Assembly: GCA_002269645.1 (NCBI GenBank)
Contig: NIVC01002594.1
Coordinates: 22,909-86,908, forward strand
Direction: 5' to 3'
Source: Macrostomum lignano
Lineage: Eukaryota
DNA: 64,000 bases
How positions within the stretch are numbered: the stretch's first letter is position 1; each line of letters starts with the position of its first letter. Position numbers and translations under genes: made by a program. Under the pieces are notes generated by a model. It saw only the letters and a list, made by a program, of their open reading frames with translations. It was not told where the DNA came from and did not search any database. Below, one piece after another: positions 1-11,137 of the stretch.

Positions 1-1298
1 TTCAATGCAAAGCTTACCACTTACATAGATAGATCTAGATCCCTTGCTACCACTCACCTGTCCTAGTTTACTATAGATGGTTTTTTTCTTTATTTGAATT
101 TTAAATCTCTGAGTATTATCCCTTGTTCATGAGTATATTATTTTACAATCAAAATTAACTTTCATTTTTTTAAATGTGTCACCAATTTGTCTGAATTTGT
201 CACTGAAACGTCCAAAAATTTTTACCAAAAAGGCTGTTACCAAAATGTCTTGTCACCAAAATATCTAGGGACCCTTCTATATATGCCAATGTGCTGGTAT
301 GCCAGAACTTACAAAAAACATATAAACTTTTACAATATTTTTTAATTCAAATTCAAATTTAAATGCACTAGAACAAAAGCAAATGTACATAAAAATATAT
401 AAAAAATCAAACTAATTTCTACAAAAATAGTAAAAAAATAATTCATTCATCATTGGCCATAGGACAATTTATGTAGAGTAAATAATTCAGTTATATAGGG
501 CCTAAGCAAAAAGAATAGATAAGCACAATAAATTAAGATCCTTAGACCTTAGCCTAGGATTTTAGAATTATGGTTTGGATCCTATCCTACACTACAGTTA
601 CTAGGCCTTACTAATTTTATTTATAAGCCTATAGGCCATATATTTGACTCTTCAGATAACTACAATAACATGGCATTGGCATTGTCATGACATTATTATC
701 ATAATGACCTTCCTTAATCTTATTCTTACCTTGACTTTCCAACTCCACTTTCACCAATTATTAATATTTTAAGTGTTGTCAATACATCAGACTCCATTAC
801 TATTAGAGTATTTTATATAAGATAGCTGAAATATATATTTATAGTATTTATTTAAAATAGACCAGGAATTAGCAGTAGCAAACCTGGCAACCAGGCCTAT
901 GTGGGAATATTAGAACTAAATGATGAAATTTAGTAGATTTACTAATGAGACAGAGAATGTAGTAAAATGTCACAAAGGAAATACGTCAATTTAACAATCT
1001 AGCTTGACAGACCGTTTTCAAAACTGGTTTGAACTTGAAAAAATTGTAGGAAAAATTGTGAGGCTGAATCTTTTTAATTAAAAAACCGTGTGACAAGTAA
1101 GAAATGAAAGCATTAAAACATTTAAAGTAAAAATCTAACAATAAAAATCAGTAAAAAAATTCCGATTAGCTTCTATGAGTATTTTATTAACACAACTAAT
1201 ACAAAATCACCTATTCATAATACATACATGTATAATATGCAAGATAGTTTCAAAAAGCAACCGAGATTTAAGAAATCCTGACAGACGAGACAAGCTCT

Positions 1299-1500
1299 AA
1301 GGGACGTCGCCAAGGATTTTATGGTGGGGGACAAAGCCGAGAATTTTACATGACTAAATTCATACATTATTTTGAAATCAGCGTTGTTAGTACTCATTTT
1401 GGCGAAGCATGCACTGAATTTAGCGCCGCAGACACTCATTTTGTTGCAGCAGACACTAATTTTGACGCCAGCGGCACTCATTTTGGCGATGCAGGCACTC
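1299..1500 (-). mobile_element. Partial copy of a hAT-like MITE (same family as 62383-62749)
   Basis: Begins GGGACGTCGCCAAGGATTTTATGGTGGGGACAAAGCCGAGAATTTTACATG. This matches the reverse complement of the right end of the 62.4-62.7 kb element. It also shares the internal ~21-bp CATTTTGGCGCC..AGGCACT repeats. Confidence 0.7.
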
Positions 1501-2667
1501 CGAAGTTGCGAATGCATTTTATAGTCCAACTGGTGCTCGGATGGCTCGCTGCAGAGCCGCGGCCCGGTCACGATGCCGGCTGGTCCTAAAGACGTATGCC
1601 GACTTTGGAATCGACAGTAGCAGCTCCCCCATTTGAACCTGGGATATGACGCGGCGTGAATTGGATTTGGTAAAGGTCGCGTACATGGCCGACGGAGTGG
1701 TGGGTGATGACGGAATGCAGGAGAGACCACAGCTGAGGATGTCCAGCAGTTGAGGTTTGCCATGCACTTTCGAGGCTTGATCAGATCGAGAAACTAGAGA
1801 AATTCGCGACAGGATGTTCATGGTCACATGGTGCCACAGCTATTGAAGGTTCAGAAGCTTCACCTCGGGGAAGCCTAGTAACCAACGAAGTCCGATGGAG
1901 ACACAAGAGGTCGCTGTGCTGATGAAATTTAGAGGCTTGGCAAGACTGCACTGAGGCGCAGTGCTGATTGGCGCACTAGCGCTTATGGGAAAAATCCGAT
2001 CTTCTGGCAGAATTGTTGAATATCTCGACGGTCCGGAGAGCTGGCGACTTGGTTCTTCTTTGAGAAGGTGCGCAATAAAAAGTTTGTATGCGTTCTTGAA
2101 TTTCGTGTCTCAGCGTTGGTTTGTTCCAGTGCAGCAAAAAATTCAGGGGAATTTCTATGTAGTAGTCCTTACTGTTGAATATTTGAAAAATGCTTTCAAA
2201 TGCCAAGCAGATTTTTTCGAATATGAATGCGAAGAAAAAACTTGACTGACTTAATTCTGATTCAGATAAAGCTTGATTGCATCGCAGCTGGCTCAGCTCT
2301 ATTTATCCTCAATTTACGGCTGACTCCGATCTGAATTACGTCACAGTGTGGAAAACACAGTTAGGGAAGCACAGACTGCATGACTGCATCGCAACTTAGA
2401 CTTGATTATTTGCGACTAATACTGACTGACAAATCGTTTACGTCATAACTGCTTGCTTCCTGGGACTTTCACTTTTACCGACTTGATGTGAGCATTGAAT
2501 TATACATGTAAGTGCTACTACAATTCATGTCATCGATTCGATGGGAGCTAACCTTGGATGTGAACATACTAATGCAGCGGACCTGGGTTCGAATTTTAAT
2601 AGTATAATTTTTTTATGTATAGCTTTTTTAAAGTGAAGTCAACTTAACGAAAAAAGAATAAAATTAT

Positions 2668-4029
2668 TGATGGGTTTCGACCTTTTCGGCTCCTTTGTGG
2701 AAGCCTTCGGGCCTCAGGTCTCAGAAATAAATCAATTAGAGTCCTGGCCCCCACTCCTGTCAGATGGTCAGCCCCATGGTAGCTTGATCGTGTGGCGAGC
2801 AGTCTAGGTCCTATAGCTAAGAGAGGGACAGCGAGAGACAAGCAGGGAGAATTTTGAAGGTAGAGATCAGCTAATCCACAGATTAACTAACCCGCTGCCA
2901 CCAGCAGCCCGTGCGTCCTGGCTCACCAAACCGGGACTTTCGAAATCGGGCTTCCAACTGAAGGGGCTTAGCACTTACCTGCCAACTAGTTTCTTTTTGC
3001 AGTCAATCTCGAAGTCATAGCCGATGTTAAGGGACACTGCTGGGACTCGATCGCATTGGCCATGCAGGTACAGAGGGGACTTGTGCAGGGGATTCTTGCA
3101 GTGGCGAGACTATAGCGTTGTTACATGTACTATTACACTGCTAAATACGAGAAATTGTACTTTTGGCCTTCAAAGCGCCGACCAGCCTCTCGTAGCGCTG
3201 ATGATAGGCTAACTCGAACATCAGAGACCGCATGATTCACTACCCGAGCCGCTTGGCGAATCTAGAGTGCACATGAGTACATCTCTAGCGCCGATTCTGC
3301 ACTATTGGCAACTTCGCTAACTGATTTGATAGATTGATCGACTGAGAACTGCCTTGCCATTGGTCCACTGTAACCGGCGCCTACTAGCTTAGTAGCTTAT
3401 CTGAGCCATCGGCGAACAAAGAAATAAAACCGATGAAAATAGCTGTCAGATTTAACCTTCTCCTTAGTTCACTTCACACTTCAGATTGAATTGGAGTTTC
3501 AGACTACTAGCAGTATTATTGAATGATCTCTGCCTCAAAAACAGCACTACTGAACAAATTGAGCAAAAGTGTGCGCATGATCCAGCTACTGAAATAGGGG
3601 ACAGATAAGGAATCAGCCAATCAAGCAAGTCTAGGTAGCCTCTCACCCAACCAATCAGAAACTCAACAGCCGGAGACCAGGTAATCCACAGTGACCGAAT
3701 CGGCTTAGGCCTTCGCAGCTGTAGGCCCGGGATGATGCTTGATGTCACAACCTTCGCAAATAGCTAGCAGGTGATGTTCTTAATCTTGATCTTCGCTGCT
3801 GACGACCGGGGGGATTCGTCCTTGATGATGATGGGGGGAGTCGCGATCCGGGGATCAAGAGACGACGGTCGAGCTCCGGGAGGTCTAAGTTAGGCCAAAG
3901 TCCCAGGAGGCGGAGCAGGAGGTTGAGTCCGAGCGGGCCAAAAACACCGGTTTTTATAGCCGCCAACTGGACCGCAATTTGCTAAAATGGAACACCTCGA
4001 CGCTGATTGGCTGAGCCGATTTGTTATAA
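2668..4029 (-). mobile_element. Unclassified interspersed repeat, long copy (internally deleted copy at 14467-15010)
   Basis: 2668-3110 aligns by eye with 14467-14900, and 3922-4029 aligns with 14910-15010. Both copies end at the same points (TGATGGGTTTCG... and ...GATTTGTTATAA). Confidence 0.7.
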
Positions 4030-4831
4030 AGATTTGATTTGATTTGTCGAATTTTCTGATTGGCTGAGCTTGTTGCCACCCAAACTCACGTGACCAGAAG
4101 ATCCTATCAGTTCCCCTCGGGGCCATAAAAATACAAGTGCGGTCATAAATCACTCAAAATCGCTACATAATGATTTATGACCATTATTTCCATTTATCAC
4201 CATTTATGACTATTTGTCATTCGTACGTCGTAAGAAGTCGTAAGAAGTCGTAAGAATCATTCTTGCGTTTTGTCGTAAGAATGACAAAAATAAATGAAAA
4301 AATATACATTAGAAAGCTCTTATTAAATAGAAAGTGAAGATAATGAAGAGAAATCGATAATCGCTAATCCCAACGTACTTTTAGGGGGTAAAACGCATAA
4401 CTGTCAAAGCTGTCACACGCTTGAGTAAACACGAACAATAGGCCCTGACCTCATAAATCTTGATGGCCTGTCAAAATGATGAGAAAAAAGCTACCGCCCG
4501 CATCCTCTCAGACCATCTGGCGCCAGTCTCAGCATTGAGTGAGGCGCAGGTGGCTGTCAGACCAGCTCGAAAGCAATGATTTATGACCCAAAAGCCGCAC
4601 CTATGTTATTATAACTACAAGTATGGCAAAATCATATAACTAGTATGAATTCTAGGAAAATTACATAAAGAGAAGAAAAAATGCCCATAGCCTGTTGTTA
4701 GTAGGCTAGTAAGTTTGGAGCCCATGTGCGAGCGTGAAGTTTGGAAAAAAGTGCGTCCTCATCATTATGATCGCCATGTCAACCATAAAAAAGCGCCTTG
4801 GAAACTCAAAAGAAGCGCCAAGTCAACCGGA

Positions 4832-5150
4832 AAAGAAGCGTCATGTAAACCATGAAATAAGTGTCATGTAAACCATGAAATAAGTGTCATGTAAACCATG
4901 AAATAAGTGTCATGTAAACCATGAAAGAAGCGTCATGTAAACCATGAAATAAGTGTCATGTAAATCATGAAATAAGTTTCATGTAAACCATGAAAGAAGC
5001 GTCATGTAAACCATGAAATAAGTGTCATGTAAATCATGAAATAAGTGTCATGTAAACCATGAAATAAGTGTCATGTAAACCATGAAAGAAGCGTCATGTA
5101 AACCATGAAAGAAGCGTCATGTAAACCATGAAAGAAGCGTCATGTAAACC
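4832..5150. repeat. Minisatellite, 23-bp unit GTCATGTAAACCATGAAA(TAAGT/GAAGC), about 14 copies
   Basis: Direct reading of tandem units. Confidence 0.95.
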
Positions 5151-5739
5151 CGCTGATTGAAGCAACCTCACTGGTATACCAAACTGTCTCACAGAAAATC
5201 TCACATGCCTTAAGCTAATGGCCATATGGCGAATGTAAAATGGAAAAAAATGAATGCAAAAGTCTCACATTGTTTTATTGCAGACTAAGTCACATGATAA
5301 AGCCGGCACCACTATAAGCTGCGCTTGATTGTTTCCGCTAACTGATGCAGAAATTCAGAGCTATCGGGCTTACATGTAGTTAGCTACAGAAAAATTCATA
5401 CCAGAAAGGAAGTAGTATGGAGTAAGTGTTTTCTGTTTTCTGTCTTCAATAGAAGCAGCACAGCTTCTATTGAATGAATATTGAGCACTTCTATAGTGTG
5501 GGGAAACGCTTGAGCGATGCCGACTGAGGTATGGATCAATCGACTCAGTGAACCCTTATACTTGCATGGCTGGGGTTTTCAATGAATGAACAGTACTTAG
5601 TTAGGCCGAAGTGTGGAAAAGGAAATGGCGTAAAAAATCGTGGTCACAAAAAATTAACTATTTTTGGAAGTTATTAAAACATCATGTGCCACATAACAAT
5701 GCGTCATGTCAGACATAAAAGAAGCGTCATGTCGATCAT

Positions 5740-6090
5740 AAAAGTCTCATGGGGGAATTGCTAAAGTTCAGTGGCTCAATGCTAATGGAGAATTGCTGAG
5801 ATGTCAAGGCTTACGGTGGGAGTTGCTAAGATGTGACGCTCGGCAGGTTTAGGGTTAAACCATAAACCATTTAGGGTTAGCCCTGTCAACCCATAAACGG
5901 CTCATGGGGGAACTGCTAAGATAAGATAAGGCTTATGGGGGGGGAATCGCTGAAATACTGTGGCACATGGGGGAATTGCTGAGCTGTAAGGACTGATAAG
6001 AGGGATGGCTGAAATGTTGTGACTTATCAGGAGAATTGTTGAGGTGTCAAGGTTCACGAAAGAGGGGGGAATTTCTGAAATGCTGCGGCA
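5740..6090. repeat. Degenerate tandem repeat with GGGGGAATTGCTGA core
   Basis: Recurring ggggaattgcta/ggagaattgctgag motifs at about 30-35 bp spacing. Confidence 0.6.
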
Positions 6091-6639
6091 TTAACAAGCT
6101 TTAAGAAATTAACAATAGTGACTGTACAAGATCAGAAGCTACATATACGAGCTAGCCTTGTGCTATTCTTCAAATACTCGTACTTTATCCGCTGTGATCT
6201 TAAGTCAGGTAGGAGATAGACAGAAACATTGAAAGTGGTCATTTTTTGGTTGTTTCGTATGCGTCATAAGGCCGTGCATGCAGGCACCTCTTTTTGAAGA
6301 TATACTGAAACATCCGGTTTTGGCTGTTGCATGACACTTTCACAGGCTCAAAATTTCGTGCCAATTCTGTTTTCAACGTATTTTCTTTAACTCTCTATCG
6401 TATTTTGAACTCAAATGATTTCAAATCAGAAAATGAAAGGCAAATTTCTACCCATTACCAGTGTTAAATAACATATTTTATTTTTTGATGCTGTTTACAT
6501 GTGCATGCGTTCCTAAAAAAGATGACATAACTACATAATATTTACTGGAACCACGGAACAAAACGAGAAAACGAAACGGTACTCGAAAATATTCGAAATG
6601 TTTTTGTCCTAATTATTCATTACCAGATTATACAACGAA

Positions 6640-7033
6640 CAAGGACAACTAAAGCTACGTATATACAGGACGCGACACTTACGTTTCATGGAAAAATTTT
6701 TTGAAGGCCGCTTTTCGCCGAAAAATGCACTACGGAGATTTTGCACTACGGATACGGGAGGCAGACCCAGTGTGCAATTGTACATAGAATAAAAAATTCA
6801 CTCAAAATCCTAATTTTCTAAACGAAAAGCTTTATAAATATCGATAGAGATATAAAAAAGGCAAAACATATCAAAAGATGAACATTAGGTCTGCATCATA
6901 TCGAAAGCAATAACCATTTTTGTGCAGAAAAATGAAAAATTCCTATCTCCCTAGTGTTTGTCGGCGAAAAGTGGCCTTCAAAATATTTTTCATAGATTTC
7001 GAGTGTTGCGTCATTCTACTTTAGTAGTCCTTG
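6640..7033. mobile_element. Foldback/MITE-like element with imperfect ~90-bp inverted arms
   Basis: 6640-6738 (CAAGGACAACTAAAG...TTTGAAGGCCGCTTTTCGCCGA) is inversely repeated at 6947-7033 (TCGGCGAAAAGTGGCCTTCAAA...CTTTAGTAGTCCTTG). No TSD was recognised. Confidence 0.6.
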
Positions 7034-7304
7034 ACAGCGAACAGTCTAAATGTTAGTACATAGTGATTAGTACATGTGTCCATATTTATGAGAATCAATC
7101 AATCGGTGTAGATCAAACGTTTAATTACGTTCGTATTAGTCCTCGCTGGATCCACAATTAAAGAAAGTTAATTTTTATTTAGAAAAGCTGCAGACACAGA
7201 CCAGAAATATAAACACTACACTTAGTCTGAAACAGAAAAGAGACAATACGACAGCCAGAGTGTGCAAGAAGCTGTTTAATTTTAATTCACAAAAAGCAGT
7301 CCAA

Positions 7305-8468
7305 TTAGTGAATCTCAACGCTTTGCACGGCTTCGTATGTGATGCCGTTATTTTCCTCTTTAACAGCAGCAGCTGCATGAGTCAGCTTTGGACTTTGCAG
7401 CTCCAGCTTTCTGCCCTCCTCCTGACATCCGGTGCTTCTCTGTCGGCGACGGCTTCCCTCCGAGCGTTTGTGCCCTAGTCTGGCCTTCTGGCCCGCTCCA
7501 TTGACGCGGCGGCAGAATGTGCTGAGGCAAACTTCGAAAAAGATGGAGTTAAAAAACATGTATAGAAAGAAGTTGTGCGCCGAGTTTAGCGTGAGCAGAA
7601 AGTCCGTGATCTCGCGTACGATTCGCTGAGTGTCTGTGTTTACTTCGTGATAACCGAGGCCGTAGAGAGTCATGGCCGCGTCTGGCAAGGCGAAGGCTAT
7701 AAAAAGACAAATAACTATGACCAGCATCAGTGTGATGCGATTGCGAGCTGCAAGGCGCCTGTTTGCCCTGGTCTTGCGCACGTTCACTATAATGCAGGCG
7801 TTTAGTACCGTCAGGATGACCAAGGGTACAATGCAACGAAAGCTTGATTGAAAATTCGAATAGGACGAGGCCAAGTATTTTGTCCAGAGTTGCGTTACGT
7901 TCAGCGTGATCTGCACAAGGCTGGAGTTAGCATCCAGCACGGGAACCTTCTCGTAGCGCAGCCCTATCGGTATGTTGACCAGCAGAACCAGGATGCAGAT
8001 TAGGGTACTGGCCAGCGCTGCCTTGCCGACAGTTAGGGCGCCTCGGCAGGAGGTTGGAAAAACTACCATGAGGAAACGCTCAAAAGCAACGGCCACCGTC
8101 ATCCAGGCTGCGACAGTGGAGGCGTACTGGGACAGGAAATAACCCGCCTGGTAGTAGTTCACATAGATCACATCTTCGCTGCCAGCAAAGAAGTACTTAC
8201 AGATGACACTAGGAGTGTACATCAGATCGTTAACTAGCTTCATGAGATCGCCGAAAGCAAGCGTCAATAAGTAGATGTTAGTTGAAGTGCGCATCTTTCG
8301 TTTAGCAAAAACCAGCACGCACAGGATGTTGCAGACGATGCCAATTAGGCACACCAAAGGCACCAGGCCAAGCCCGATCAGCATCTGCACCCACCGGTAC
8401 GCCAGCTGATTACGGTTGGCACTGGAACTGGAGCTGGACGCTTTGTCACTGTTGTTAGCCATTTCCAT
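7305..8468 (-). CDS. Class A (rhodopsin-type) GPCR, FMRFamide/neuropeptide-receptor-like, 387 aa, single coding exon
   Basis: Intact ORF with seven hydrophobic segments. Motifs: TM1 GIVCNIL, TM2 LAFGD, TM3 AVAFERF, TM5 VPLVILTVLN, TM6 FIAFALP, TM7 NSAHNFFLY. A possible 5'UTR intron lies at 8721-9204 (GTATGA...TCGCAG on minus). Confidence 0.93.
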   Translation of the reverse strand: MEMANNSDKASSSSSSANRNQLAYRWVQMLIGLGLVPLVCLIGIVCNILCVLVFAKRKMRTSTNIYLLTLAFGDLMKLVNDLMYTPSVICKYFFAGSEDVIYVNYYQAGYFLSQYASTVAAWMTVAVAFERFLMVVFPTSCRGALTVGKAALASTLICILVLLVNIPIGLRYEKVPVLDANSSLVQITLNVTQLWTKYLASSYSNFQSSFRCIVPLVILTVLNACIIVNVRKTRANRRLAARNRITLMLVIVICLFIAFALPDAAMTLYGLGYHEVNTDTQRIVREITDFLLTLNSAHNFFLYMFFNSIFFEVCLSTFCRRVNGAGQKARLGHKRSEGSRRRQRSTGCQEEGRKLELQSPKLTHAAAAVKEENNGITYEAVQSVEIH

Positions 8469-10019
8469 GATTGCTATTTCAAATCCGAACCAAAGCAGAG
8501 ATAGTTCTTTCTCGTTTGCAATGAGTCAATTTATGGGAGTGGGTTTTGCCAGGCTGGGAAGAATTTGTAGAGGACTTCCGATTGGTTTGTGCAACTGTGG
8601 CGACTCAATGAGTTTTAGCCAACGGGAGGCATTCAGCAAATTCAGTCTGGCAGCATCCACTGGCAGTATTCACTAGCATTTTGAAATTGGTAGTGTTTCC
8701 CTCATGCATACAGATTTCCTCTGCGATAAAAAGTAAATCTCTACGTCTCATTTAATTCATTTAATCTTTCATTATGTACCGGTAATCCTCACCTCTCTAG
8801 CGCTGCATGGTTGCAAGTATTTGGTTGCAAACTTTTAGCGGCTATGTAGCATTACCTCAAAAATGTACTATACCGGTACATGTACAGCGGAACGTTTCCC
8901 CGATATCCCAATTACAATGCTCGACAGCGTTATGGAGACAATTCTACAATCAAGGAGAAATTCACTTCAACGTACGAGAGTACGCTGTGGATAATGCCCC
9001 CCCCCCCTCCAAATCCAATATCGCTGCTTGTCAGTTGAAAAGACGGTTTAGCGTCAATGGCCATGAAGAATTGCAACTCGACAAGTCCCGACACAGATGA
9101 GACATGCGTCTGTTACACTGGCGATGGGTGAAGCCATTAATTCACGACATGTTTTCCTAATTAGGTTGTGTAAATCCTAAGCAGCTAGTCAAAAGGATTC
9201 ATACCTCTTGATTAGATGTCCTGCGTCATGCGCAGAAACTGCCTCTGCGAATCCGAGCAGAAAGATTGCTAGCAACAGCAGAAATCCTACAAATCCTCTT
9301 GTAGTTGGTGACAGCAGGTGTCGTTGGAGGCAGAAAACAGCTCTCGAAAATGGTATATTAGCCATGCATGTAGCCTGCTGGACGCGAAGAAAACTAACAG
9401 AATGTCTCAGTCTCAGGTGTAGAAGCTAGCTCATCCGCCCGCCGCCAGTGACAGTATCAGAGTCTTGCGCTTGCAATGACGGGTAGCGATTCTTTGCACC
9501 TATTTCAGCAAGCATCTCATTTTCTTCGAAAAATGCAGGTCTTGATATACTTTAAAGTTATTTAATGAAGCCTACTAAATTATAGCCAAACTTGCGTCTT
9601 TCACGTTGCGAGCTCGTAGTAGTGCTGTGGGAGCATTGAGAGCGAAAATTCGTCAGTGAAACTATTTGCGCCAGTTTATGAAAACATAATTTCTGTCTGC
9701 CTTCTTTTTTCTATAGTAGCATATATTGCTTCGACAGGAATTTTCTAAAAAACATTTTGACGGTATTCAAAGATCACTTCCATTAAGACAGTTGTGCTTT
9801 AAACGGACGGAGTATCCATCGAAGACCACTCGAGTAGAAGGACGGGAAACTACGTTTCTTGGAAACTTTAGCAAGCAGGTTTATTGCCCGTCGAAAACGA
9901 GGGTTAATATAAGGGGTTAATTAACTAATAGCTTAAATGTTAATTAACGTGATTGTAGGTAAACAAACGTTACTATTAATTTATGAGTTTGGTAACCGAA
10001 ATTAACCTACAAAGTGACA

Positions 10020-10160
10020 GTGGCAAATTAAATTATGGGTTCGGAGACTAGTACTTGCAATTAAAGCAACTGGAAATAAAAAACGCGAGACTCTTGTCTT
10101 GGTCTTTATTTAAATTGCATTCACTGGCTCAACGTAATTCAATAGACAGAGATTCAATTC
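10020..10160 (-). mobile_element. Degenerate LTR fragment related to the Gypsy LTR at 14249-14430
   Basis: AAATTATGG.TTCGGAGAC.AGTA.TTGCAATT...TTTATTTAAATTGCATTCAC.GGCTCA...AGACAGAGATT is shared with 14250-14400. Confidence 0.6.
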
Positions 10161-10256
10161 AATAGTTCAATAAAATTAATAATTAATAATTGAAGAATTA
10201 TTTCAATTCAATAATTTAATTCAATAGCCAGGGATGGTTGCTGCACTGGCCAACAC

Positions 10257-10641
<385 letters not shown>

Positions 10642-10706
10642 GGGCACCTCCAATCTCAGGCCCTGACACGGTAGAAAGGATTGAACAAATTCAATTTAGT
10701 TAGATT

Positions 10707-10743
10707 GCCGATATTTTGAATTAGGTAAATTCTTCGTCAGGGC
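10707..10743 (-). ncRNA. Hammerhead-ribozyme-like motif (minimal type I, G12A variant)
   Basis: Minus strand reads GCC-CUGACGA-A-GAAUU-UACCU-AAUUC-AAAA-UAU-C-GGC. Stem I is 3 bp, stem II is a perfect 5 bp and stem III is palindromic. AAAA replaces the conserved GAAA. Confidence 0.5.
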
Positions 10744-10930
10744 TGGAAGTGTGTAAAATTTATTCGGCGAATTGCCGTCAATATATAATGGCGATATCGT
10801 CAGGGAGAGCCGATCGATAAATGGGTGGCTCAAGCACTTAAAGCAGTACGCACGGCCAGTACATTGAAACGAGTGTGAGACTCTGAGAAAAGCGGAGGGG
10901 GTGGCTAAAACTGTACAAGTGGGCCTAGAC

Positions 10931-10932
<2 letters not shown>

Positions 10933-11008
<76 letters not shown>
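10933..11008. repeat. (GA)n microsatellite at the 3' junction of the Penelope-like element
   Basis: Direct reading. Confidence 0.99.
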
Positions 11009-11012
<4 letters not shown>

Positions 11013-11057
11013 AGGTCACGGCGTGTTAAAATAGGGATGGGTTTTTTTTAGAAAATA

Positions 11058-11095
11058 GGCTACCGGTTTCGATCCTCTGGGCTCTTCGTCAGGCC
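11058..11095 (-). ncRNA. Minimal type I hammerhead ribozyme in the PLE 3' UTR/pLTR
   Basis: Minus strand reads GGC-CUGACGA-A-GAGCC-CAGA-GGAUC-GAAA-CCGGU-A-GCC. The core CUGANGA/GAAA is complete, stem I is GGC/GCC, stem III is the palindrome ACCGGU and the cleavage triplet is GUA. It is in the same sense as the RT ORF, about 45 nt after the stop. Confidence 0.8.
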
Positions 11096-11137
11096 AAAAA
11101 TCTGTGTATAGTGCAATTCAAATTGGTCTTTTAAGTA

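Noticed and set aside
1590-1955. Plus-strand frame broken only by TGA codons (possible selenoprotein or readthrough)
   Set aside because: No recognisable protein family, no Sec-type motif context and no SECIS identified. Chance or a decayed TE is more likely.
2668-2735. CTGAG...GAAAC motif at the 3' end of the unclassified repeat considered as a hammerhead
   Set aside because: It lacks CUGANGA and a valid stem I/NUH arrangement. It is kept only as a possible fold.
4141-4588. 12-bp inverted repeat GGTCATAAATCA/TGATTTATGACC as a MITE
   Set aside because: The motif also pairs locally (4171-4182) and no TSD is present, so boundaries cannot be supported.
5845-5882. TTAGGG motifs as interstitial telomere
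   Set aside because: Only two separated copies.
10765-10806. Third CUGACGA in the inter-microsatellite segment
   Set aside because: No GAAA in register and no stem I partner.
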